NCBI GenBank assembly: GCA_029821635.1
Contig: JALGSW010000002.1
Location: 8,673 to 72,672, forward strand
Reading direction: 5' to 3'
Source of the DNA: Candidatus Zipacnadia bacterium
GTDB lineage: Bacteria; Armatimonadota; Zipacnadia; Zipacnadales; UBA5352
DNA length: 64,000 nt
The notes beneath the pieces are model-generated. The model searched no databases and was not told the origin of the DNA. It worked only from the letters and a program-made list of their open reading frames with translations. Positions 56,557 to 64,000 of the stretch are shown piece after piece (the first letter of the stretch is position 1; every line of letters begins with the position of its first letter). Made by a program: the position numbers and the translations under genes.

Positions 56557-58305
56557 ATGAGCTCCTCGAACGCCTCACCCCACCGTGCGGCCTGGGCCGA
56601 TGGCTTCTTCGCCACCCGCGACCGCATGCGCGCGTGGATACGCGCAGCCATCAAACGACACCGCGCGATCCCCTACCAGGGCGGCCACGATGAGGGCACC
56701 TTCATCTCCTCGTGGTTCGGCTTTCACCAGCTCTTCGGCGCCCCTGAGGCGCTGGAGTTCGCCCGCTTCCTGCGCGATGGCTTCGCCGACTGGTCCCGCG
56801 AGCAGATGCTGCACGGCTTCTACGCCGAGGGTGAGGCGCACCATCAGACTGAGATATTCACGTTCTTCCTCTGCAGACTCTGGCGCGTGGCGCCCGACGA
56901 CCGCACCGCCGAACTGATCGTGGACGCCGCCCATCACGTCGGGAACTGGGTCGAGGGCTTCCCTGAGTGGTATGACCACGCCGGACACCGCTTCCTGAGT
57001 TGGCGGATCGGCACACGAAGCATCGGCGGGCCCAGCTCCCGCGGCTACGAGGTCCCCGACCACTTCCGCCTCGTGCAACTTGCGCTCACCGCCCACGACA
57101 TCACGGGCGAGCAGCGCTACCTTGACCTCTCTACCGCCTATGCGGGCCGCTGGGCGGACGCGATCCTCGAGGCGCCGGTCGATGAGCCCCCCACCGTCCT
57201 CCGCTCCGGCGAGTCGGCCGCCGATGAGGGCGAGGTCTTCCGCGCGATCGGCGCGCACCATCACGGCGGATCGCCCCTCGAGCGAGTGGAACCGCACGTG
57301 CCCGCCGGGACCGTGGACGTACTGCTCGATCTCTTCGCAATGACCGGCGAGGACCGCCTCGCCCAGGCGGCGCGGCGCATCTGTGAAGCGATGCTGGGCG
57401 CGGGGGCGCACGCGCTGCGCGACCCCTACTCGAACCCGCCCGGCGCGCTGCTGAGCCGCTACCGAGCAGAGACCGGCGACAGCTCGCTCGACGACGCCGC
57501 GATCGCGCAGATGCAGGAGGGGATCGAGGAGACGCTCGTGGGCCTTGACGGGATTCTGCGGCTGCTGGAGCGCACGCGCGTCTCGGGCTACGCGCTCGCG
57601 GCCCACAGGCTCTACGTTTCGCTGGCGGACAACCCCTTCGTGGACGATCGGCTGGAGGATGCCGCGCAGCTCTACGAGCGCCTCGTCGGAAGGCGACCGG
57701 GCGTAGGGCGGCGCGAGGAGACGCCCGCGATGGTGATCGAGACGCTCAACCGCAAGCCCGTCGCGGGGATCGGCAAGCGCCAGGACATGGTCCGCTGGGC
57801 GTGGGAGGATCACTTCGGTTCGCTGAGGCCCACACACGCGCCGCCTCCGCCCACACTGATGCTCGCGTGGCAGATCCTGGGCGATGAGCGGACGGCCACG
57901 AGCGCACTGCGGACGGTCGCGGATCGTATGGCCCTCGCCTCGAGCGCACTGTGCGACGGCCGCACACACGGCTGCGGCGGCAGCAGCACGGGTTCGGTGG
58001 CCTCGGGGCATGGGCGCGATGGCGGCTACGGGAACGTGACAGGCGCGTTCTTCCCGCTGGCGGCGGGGATGATCCGGCGGCTCTGTCAGGAGCAGCCTCG
58101 GGTCCGCTTTCGCCGCGCGGATGGCGCCGAGCACCTGCCTGAGAGCGTGGCGTCGCTGGTGCGCTCGTTGCCGGCCGCGGGCGCGGAGGTGCTGCTGTGG
58201 AACGACGCCGACGAGCCGGTGAGCATCGACCTGGCACTGCGCAACACGCCGTGGCGAAGCGTCATGCTCCCGCCCCGCGAGGTGACTGAGGTCGAGCTGC
58301 CCTAG
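56557..58305 (+). CDS. hypothetical cytoplasmic protein (helical-repeat / alpha-toroid-like by composition)
   Basis: 582 aa from the ATG at 56557, with no signal peptide and coding-like composition. I recognise no family motif. Confidence 0.55.
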   Translation: MSSSNASPHRAAWADGFFATRDRMRAWIRAAIKRHRAIPYQGGHDEGTFISSWFGFHQLFGAPEALEFARFLRDGFADWSREQMLHGFYAEGEAHHQTEIFTFFLCRLWRVAPDDRTAELIVDAAHHVGNWVEGFPEWYDHAGHRFLSWRIGTRSIGGPSSRGYEVPDHFRLVQLALTAHDITGEQRYLDLSTAYAGRWADAILEAPVDEPPTVLRSGESAADEGEVFRAIGAHHHGGSPLERVEPHVPAGTVDVLLDLFAMTGEDRLAQAARRICEAMLGAGAHALRDPYSNPPGALLSRYRAETGDSSLDDAAIAQMQEGIEETLVGLDGILRLLERTRVSGYALAAHRLYVSLADNPFVDDRLEDAAQLYERLVGRRPGVGRREETPAMVIETLNRKPVAGIGKRQDMVRWAWEDHFGSLRPTHAPPPPTLMLAWQILGDERTATSALRTVADRMALASSALCDGRTHGCGGSSTGSVASGHGRDGGYGNVTGAFFPLAAGMIRRLCQEQPRVRFRRADGAEHLPESVASLVRSLPAAGAEVLLWNDADEPVSIDLALRNTPWRSVMLPPREVTEVELP

Positions 58306-58320
58306 GAGGCGCCGTCCGCG

Positions 58321-61300
58321 TTACCGCCCAACCTGCACCTGTGCGCTCCCCTCGATCCCCACGGAGACCGCCCGCGCCGTCACCATCCACGTTCCCGGCG
58401 CGTCGTTGAGCGCGAAGGGGATCGCGAACTCGTAGCGCCCGCCCTCTGCCGGCGCCTCGTGAGAATACTCGCGGTTGACCTCACCGCTGGGGTCGGTCAC
58501 CGCGATCTCCAGTGGCATCGCCGCCGCGATCGGGCCCCCCGCGCCCTCGACCGTCACCGCGACGTCCAGCGTCCGCCCCAGGCGCGCGTCGCCGGCGGGC
58601 CTGACCGACACGCTCCGCGGCGGCTCCGGATAGAACGCCAACAGCGTGCCCTCCCAGACGCCGACCTCGACCGGGATCACGAGCCTACCGCCCTGCGTCG
58701 CGCACTCGATCGGCTCACCCGTCAGCGCGTCGTAGACCGCCACGTCGGCCGGCGGGACGGTGACGGTCGCCCGCACCGTCCGCTCACCGAAGCCCGCCTG
58801 CGCGTCGAGCGCCGACAGGTCGCTTTCCTTGTTGATGAAGAGGTTGTGCATGATATCCTGCTCGTGGTCCATCAGGCTGACCACCCAGAGGTAGTCCAAG
58901 CCATCATTGCGGAAGCGCCGCAGGAGCAGGTGCGGGTCATCCGTCTGCGCCCACGGCCGCACGTGGCGCTCGACGGCCTGCTTCGCGCGTGCGATCTGAT
59001 CGAGCTGCCCGTAGCCTTCGCGGCGGCTGCCCTCTGCCCAGGGGAAGTCGAGCACCTCCGCGCCGGGTATCTCGACGCCACAGGCGCTGTCGCAGATGAC
59101 CGTCCCGCCCGCGTCCATGTACTCGCGCAGGAGCGCGAGGTTGCTCTCGGTGAGCACGTCCACGTCGTGCAGGCAGAGCACCTTGTAGCGCCCACCGATC
59201 TCCGGCAACTCCTCCGGCCAGACCGGCTCGACCTCCGCGTGGGCCATCGCGAGGTTGCAGAACGCGTAGGCCGTCTGGATATGCATGCCCGGACGGTACG
59301 CTCCGTTCTCGAAAGGCATCAGCAGGCCCACCGTCCCCTCGGCCGGCTGCAGGGCGGTGAAGAGCTTCCCGTGCGTGCGCGGGAGAGGCTTGAGGCGCTC
59401 GAAGGCCGCGGTCGCGCCGTCGGACAGGTCGCCGTAGGTGAAGTAGACGAGCCCGTCGAGGCCCGAGGCCATGAACAGGTACCAGTTATTGACGTGATAG
59501 GCCTCTTCATCGCGCCCACAGTCGGGCCAGAGCCACTGGTCCATCTCCCGATTGCCCATCCGACCCAGCTCGTACCACCATACCTGGCCGAGCGCGGGCA
59601 CCCAGTAGTAGTTGTAGTTGTAGGACGAAATCAGGTTGAAGCCCGGCTCCCCGAACGTGTATGGCGGCCACTGGCTCGACCACATGTTGACCAGCGGAAT
59701 CTGCATTCCGCCCGGAATCGGCCCGATGCGCCCGCGCCCGTCGGTGGCATCGAGCACCGCATCGGTCACGCGATCGGCGAAGTCCCCGTACACGTCCCGC
59801 GCGAGGAAGCGTTGCCAGGTCAGCCACTGGTCATCGTCGGGGATGATGCCCGGCTCTCGGGCGATGTCCGTCTGCCGGTCGGTGCCGAGCAGCTCCTCAG
59901 GTCGCGGCGGCTCGTAGCCGAACTGCTCCCGGAAGCGCTCGAGGTTCGCGGAGTTGTAGTCGAGCCCGGCGCGGGCGGAGAAGTCGTCCCAGGTGGCGAT
60001 GACCGGCTCGAAGCCCGGATGCGGTGCGATCCGGGCAACCTGCCGCCTCATGCTCTCCGCCCAGGCGGCCTGCCAGTTGGTGTCGGCGATGCCGGTGAGC
60101 GTCCGGCGACCGCCCTGCCACGGGTTCGGGAAAGCCTCGCCCGAGGCATTCAGGCGGTAGAGCTGCTCCTCCGGCGCGTTGAAGCCCGCCGCGGCCGGGT
60201 CGCCATGCAGGCGCACGGTCATCGGCATCTCGTACCACAGGCAGCGGTCCAGCGCTTCGGCGCTCGCGTAGCTGTCGAGCACGCCGGTCATGCCGAGGCT
60301 GCGCGCGTGCTCAAGGTACCAGTCGAGTCGCCGGCGGATCGTCGGCGCCCGCCCGGTGAAGCCCATGAACAGGCCACCGTGGTCCGGCTCCGGGCAGACG
60401 GTCAGTGGGCTCTCCGCGACCAGCGTATTGCCGCCCACCGTCGCTTCCGCGCGCAGCAGATACTCCGCGGCGCGCAGACCCGCGATCGGCAGGGACAGCT
60501 GTGTCTCCGCGGTCTCGCTCGCGGCGGCGGCGAGCGCGGCCTCTTCCGACCACAGCACCGGGCCGCCATCCAGCAGCGTCAGCCGGGCCCGCGCGTTCGC
60601 AGGCTGCGCACGGCGGTTCGTCAGTCTCACTCGGACCGGAACCGCTTCGGAGCGCGTGTAGGCCTGTCTCGGCAGCTCATCGTTCGCGTATGGGAGCACC
60701 TCAAGCTCCAGCTCAAGCGGCGTGGTCACCTCCGCCGGGACGTCCGGCACCCGCGCGATCTCCCCGTCATAGAGCGCGAGTCGGTAGCCGTCCTCGAGCA
60801 GGAGCGTGTCGGTCTTGCCGTGCAGGTAGGGCGGAAGCGAGATGAAGCCGCTGCTGGGGTGGTCCTCGCTGAAGTTCTTCAGCCAGACTCCGGACAGGTC
60901 GAGGTTGGCGTCGTCCACGAAGCTGACCGCGACCTCGCTCTCCGGGACGGGACGCACCGGCGACCACGCGCCCTGTACGCCCCACTCGCGGCCCGCGTCG
61001 GTAATCTCCGCCGGCCCTGGCGAGCCGTAGTAGTACTGCCTGTCGGCCGCGATCCCGAGCACGCGCGTGCGGCCGTCGAGGGTACGCAGTGGCCCGTAGC
61101 GGTCCTGCCAGTTGTACATGGGGATGTTCGAGAACCAGACGACGCGCCCGCCGGCCTTGAGGTAGCGCGTGAGCGGGCAGTCCGGCACACTCGGCTCGTT
61201 CGGGGCGTCGAGGACCTCCTCGGGGACGATTGTGTCGGGCGCCGCGCCCATCACCGACACGAGCACACTGCCGGGCGCATCGCCCGGGGTAATGCGCTCG

Positions 61301-61488
61301 AGCCAGGCGCCAAGCTCCTCGGCATTGAGCGCCGTGAAGCCGCGCAGCTCGAAGAACTGAGCCGCCGCGTCGGGGTCGTCCACCCACGAGGTCTCGTAGC
61401 TCGCATCGTGGTAGACGACCCGCTGCTGGGCGTCGCCGGCGCAGATGGTGAGCGTGATGGCGGCTGTGAGCGCAAGAGCGATTCGCAT
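58321..61488 (-). CDS. large secreted hypothetical protein, glycoside-hydrolase-like
   Basis: 1055 aa from the ATG at 61488, with signal peptide MRIALALTAAITLTICAG. The ORF-track start at 61650 adds an Arg-rich leader and is rejected. A TIM-barrel-like central region includes GLFMGFTGR...GMTGVLDSY. Confidence 0.65.
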   Translation of the reverse strand: MRIALALTAAITLTICAGDAQQRVVYHDASYETSWVDDPDAAAQFFELRGFTALNAEELGAWLERITPGDAPGSVLVSVMGAAPDTIVPEEVLDAPNEPSVPDCPLTRYLKAGGRVVWFSNIPMYNWQDRYGPLRTLDGRTRVLGIAADRQYYYGSPGPAEITDAGREWGVQGAWSPVRPVPESEVAVSFVDDANLDLSGVWLKNFSEDHPSSGFISLPPYLHGKTDTLLLEDGYRLALYDGEIARVPDVPAEVTTPLELELEVLPYANDELPRQAYTRSEAVPVRVRLTNRRAQPANARARLTLLDGGPVLWSEEAALAAAASETAETQLSLPIAGLRAAEYLLRAEATVGGNTLVAESPLTVCPEPDHGGLFMGFTGRAPTIRRRLDWYLEHARSLGMTGVLDSYASAEALDRCLWYEMPMTVRLHGDPAAAGFNAPEEQLYRLNASGEAFPNPWQGGRRTLTGIADTNWQAAWAESMRRQVARIAPHPGFEPVIATWDDFSARAGLDYNSANLERFREQFGYEPPRPEELLGTDRQTDIAREPGIIPDDDQWLTWQRFLARDVYGDFADRVTDAVLDATDGRGRIGPIPGGMQIPLVNMWSSQWPPYTFGEPGFNLISSYNYNYYWVPALGQVWWYELGRMGNREMDQWLWPDCGRDEEAYHVNNWYLFMASGLDGLVYFTYGDLSDGATAAFERLKPLPRTHGKLFTALQPAEGTVGLLMPFENGAYRPGMHIQTAYAFCNLAMAHAEVEPVWPEELPEIGGRYKVLCLHDVDVLTESNLALLREYMDAGGTVICDSACGVEIPGAEVLDFPWAEGSRREGYGQLDQIARAKQAVERHVRPWAQTDDPHLLLRRFRNDGLDYLWVVSLMDHEQDIMHNLFINKESDLSALDAQAGFGERTVRATVTVPPADVAVYDALTGEPIECATQGGRLVIPVEVGVWEGTLLAFYPEPPRSVSVRPAGDARLGRTLDVAVTVEGAGGPIAAAMPLEIAVTDPSGEVNREYSHEAPAEGGRYEFAIPFALNDAPGTWMVTARAVSVGIEGSAQVQVGR

Positions 61489-61624
61489 GGGTGAGGCCCC
61501 CTCAGGCCGAGTGCTTGTGACACCGGCAAACTTCGCGGAAGGTCGCCATCCGGCCTCCTCGCGCAGGCATCGGGCCTGTCGAGCGCGAACTCTCCGCCAT
61601 GCGAAGACTGAGGGGGTCGTGCGA

Positions 61625-63355
61625 ATGAGCCGGGCGTTGTACCTCATCATGCTGTCGACGCTCTGCGCGCTGCTGCCGGTGATGCAGGGCGGCTGCCAGC
61701 AGCGTGGCTACGTCTCGCGGAACACGCGCGCGGGCGAGTCGCGCGCGGCGCTGCTGGGCCTCGAGAGCCTGCAAGCGGCGCTCGATCAGCCTGAACTCGC
61801 GGGGCAGATCCGTGCGCTCGGCCAGGGGCAACAGCTCCGCCATGCGCTGGCGGATGGCACGGGGGTGCTCATCACGCGCGAGCGCGGGCACATCGTGGTC
61901 GTTATCGACGATGACGGTGACATGCCGGACAACGCAACCGGCCCCGACGGCGACAGCCCGCGCGCGGCCTGCATCGCGGTGGACATGGACGCCGACGGTT
62001 CACTCGACCGCACCATCGACTACGATGACCTCGATGGCGACGGCGTCGCCGACCAGATGCTGCAGACCTACACCGTGCGCAGCACGTGGGGCTACCGGCC
62101 CTTCCTGGTGGTCTCCCGCGACTTCGACGAGGGCCCGCTGCGCCTCTGGTCGCTACAGGACTACGGCTACATCCAGCAGCTCTGCCAGTGGGACTGCGAC
62201 TTCGGCGGCGACGGTTGGTTCGCGATGTTCGCACGGGATCGCGGGCGCTGGAACGCCACCCTCGAGTGCCCGTTCTGCTTCTACGACCGCGATGGCGATG
62301 CGCTCGCCGAGGAGACGGTGCGGCTCATCGCCGCCGGCACCCGACTGCGCTCGGCTCGCTATTCCATCAACGCCGACAACGACGCGACCGAGGGCCAGCT
62401 CTACGACTACGACGTGAGCGTGACCTGCCTCGGCTCGGCCGAGGTGCCCGCGGAGGCACAGGAGACCCTCACCCATCGCAGCGGCAATGAGATCGGCCCG
62501 GTCCTGCGCTGGGAGGACGCGCGGGAGGTTGTGCGCGACGCCGACTGGCAGCGCTGCCTGCTGATCTGGGACGAGAACGATCACAACACGGCCGCCGACA
62601 AGGCCGACCGCGAGCGCTGGGAAGGCATCCTCAACGCTGAATGGCGCGGCTTCCCGCAGGAGGGCGGGCCACCCACGCTCACGCTCAACAAGCGCTTCGA
62701 GCTGGATGCGGACTTCTCCGGGCGGATGCGCCTCTACTGGTGGCCGGCCGACGCCCGCCTGCACCTGCACGGCGCCGAGGAGGGCGCGATCGAGGTGGAC
62801 TTCGACTACGACGGGGCGCTCGACCTGCACGTCGAGTACGCCGACACCGACGCAGACGGCTTCTTCGACCGCCGCATCGTCAGCTACCCCGGCACCGACC
62901 TGCCCGACCGCCGCCTCGATGGCCCGCGCGAGTACGCGACACCCGGGGCATCCGGCGACGCCGCCACGCTCCCGCTGGACTACGAGGCCATCGCACAGTT
63001 CTGGCCGCATGAGATGGCAGCGCGCTCGCAGGCTGCTGCCGATGTGCTGGCGGCGCTTCAGGCGACCGCGCAGCGCCTCGGACTGCCGCTGCACCTGGAG
63101 GCGCTCAACTTCTACGAGGCCGCGACGCCCGCCGAGTTTGCGTACATCGACCGCCTGCGTGCAAGCGCCGAGGCGCGGCGATACTACCGGGAGGTTGCGC
63201 TGGAGCTGGCATTCGCGCACCTGATCGAGGACGCCCGTGGGGCGGGGGGCATCCCGGCGGCGGAGATCGGGCGGCTGGTCTCTGCGCGCGAGCTCTTCGA
63301 CGCCGGCGATCTTGTCGGTGCGAAGGAGCGTCTTCTCGCGCCTGCAGGGAGGTGA
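61625..63355 (+). CDS. putative lipoprotein with DxDxDG calcium-binding-like loops
   Basis: The ATG at 61625 gives MSRALYLIMLSTLCALLPVMQGGC, a signal with Cys. Ca-loop-like motifs are VDMDADGSLDRTIDYDDLDGDGVADQ and YADTDADGFFDRRI. Confidence 0.6.
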   Translation: MSRALYLIMLSTLCALLPVMQGGCQQRGYVSRNTRAGESRAALLGLESLQAALDQPELAGQIRALGQGQQLRHALADGTGVLITRERGHIVVVIDDDGDMPDNATGPDGDSPRAACIAVDMDADGSLDRTIDYDDLDGDGVADQMLQTYTVRSTWGYRPFLVVSRDFDEGPLRLWSLQDYGYIQQLCQWDCDFGGDGWFAMFARDRGRWNATLECPFCFYDRDGDALAEETVRLIAAGTRLRSARYSINADNDATEGQLYDYDVSVTCLGSAEVPAEAQETLTHRSGNEIGPVLRWEDAREVVRDADWQRCLLIWDENDHNTAADKADRERWEGILNAEWRGFPQEGGPPTLTLNKRFELDADFSGRMRLYWWPADARLHLHGAEEGAIEVDFDYDGALDLHVEYADTDADGFFDRRIVSYPGTDLPDRRLDGPREYATPGASGDAATLPLDYEAIAQFWPHEMAARSQAAADVLAALQATAQRLGLPLHLEALNFYEAATPAEFAYIDRLRASAEARRYYREVALELAFAHLIEDARGAGGIPAAEIGRLVSARELFDAGDLVGAKERLLAPAGR

Positions 63356-63430
63356 GCGGGCCTTGCGGGCCGAAGAACGCATCCTGCCGTATCTAAACCG
63401 AGATCACGCTGACAGGAGCATGTGGATAGC

Positions 63431-64000
63431 ATGGCCGACGAGCTTGCGCTTCATGATGGACCCAAGGCCGTTCAGACCGACGTAGGCGATATCTTCGACT
63501 GGCCGATCATCACGGAGGAAGACGAAGAGGCCGTCCTGGACGTGCTTCACCGCCGCGCCATGTCCGGGCGCGACATCACCGAGAAGTTCGAGAACGACTT
63601 CGCCGAGTGGCATGGGATGGACTACGCCCTTGGGTGCTCCAGTGGAACCGCCGCGCTGCAGGCGGCCATGTGGGCGTGCGGCGTTGGGGTCGGCGACGAG
63701 ATCATCGTACCGAGCCTCACTTACTGGGCCAGCGCCCTCCCCGCGTTCACCCTCCAGGCCACGATCGTCTTTGCGGACGTGACGTTCGAGACGCTCTGCA
63801 TCGACCCCGATGACATCGAGCGCCACATCACCGACCGCACGAAGGCGATCGTCCCGGTCCACTATTGCGGCTACCCCGCGGACATGGACCCGATCATGGA
63901 GATCGCGGAGAAGCACAACCTGAAGGTCATCGAGGACGTCTCCCACGCGCATGGCGGGCTCTACAAGGGCCGGTTGGTCGGCACCATCGGCCACGTGGGC
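63431..64000 (+). CDS. DegT/DnrJ/EryC1/StrS-family PLP-dependent aminotransferase (3' end outside window)
   Basis: This gene is not in the ORF track because no stop falls inside the window. My own translation from the ATG at 63431 (AGGAG RBS upstream) reads MADELALHDGPKAV...FENDFAEWHGMDYALGCSSGTAALQAAMWACGVGVGDEIIVPSLTYWAS...AIVPVHYCGYPADMDPIMEIAEKHNLKVIEDVSHAHGG. Confidence 0.85.
   Translation, partial: MADELALHDGPKAVQTDVGDIFDWPIITEEDEEAVLDVLHRRAMSGRDITEKFENDFAEWHGMDYALGCSSGTAALQAAMWACGVGVGDEIIVPSLTYWASALPAFTLQATIVFADVTFETLCIDPDDIERHITDRTKAIVPVHYCGYPADMDPIMEIAEKHNLKVIEDVSHAHGGLYKGRLVGTIGHVG

Overview
The window is a GC-rich chromosomal segment, by eye roughly two-thirds G+C (not computed). 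The porin, the PEP-CTERM tail and the many signal peptides point to a diderm-type bacterium. The phylum cannot be fixed from the sequence alone.

I call 44 apparently intact protein genes, two of them cut by the window edges, plus 2 gene remnants. I found no rRNA, tRNA, CRISPR array, transposase or phage gene.

The content is a mosaic of four kinds:
- **Housekeeping blocks:** rpmE-DUF1385-prfA-prmC-tsaC, carA-carB, transketolase, and yajC-DUF4446-xerD.
- **Secreted glycan enzymes:** a dense scatter of large, mostly DUF-type glycoside-hydrolase-like proteins. These include GH30-like, GH36-like, DUF4838+CBM9, DUF6259-like, beta-helix and FGE-family proteins.
- **A signalling block (36.8-44.6 kb):** a stand-alone receiver, a PAS-PAS histidine kinase, a receiver fused to a CpaE/TadZ-type ParA/MinD ATPase, a ~14-helix membrane protein of unknown family, and a secreted CBM9-tailed protein.
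- **Small accessory or decaying patches:** a vapBC cassette bracketed by ~65-bp direct repeats next to an HNH gene, and two gene remnants directly after carB.

The most promising undescribed candidate is the phosphorelay / ParA-like ATPase / polytopic membrane protein / CBM9 exoprotein cluster. Other items worth follow-up:
- the repeat-flanked toxin-antitoxin cassette and the promoter-to-terminator non-coding stretch beside it;
- a diverged pair of YchF-like ATPase paralogs flanking a glycosidase gene;
- a recurring GC-rich hairpin element;
- an orphan N6-methyltransferase.

Family assignments come from motif recognition by eye. No database search was run.
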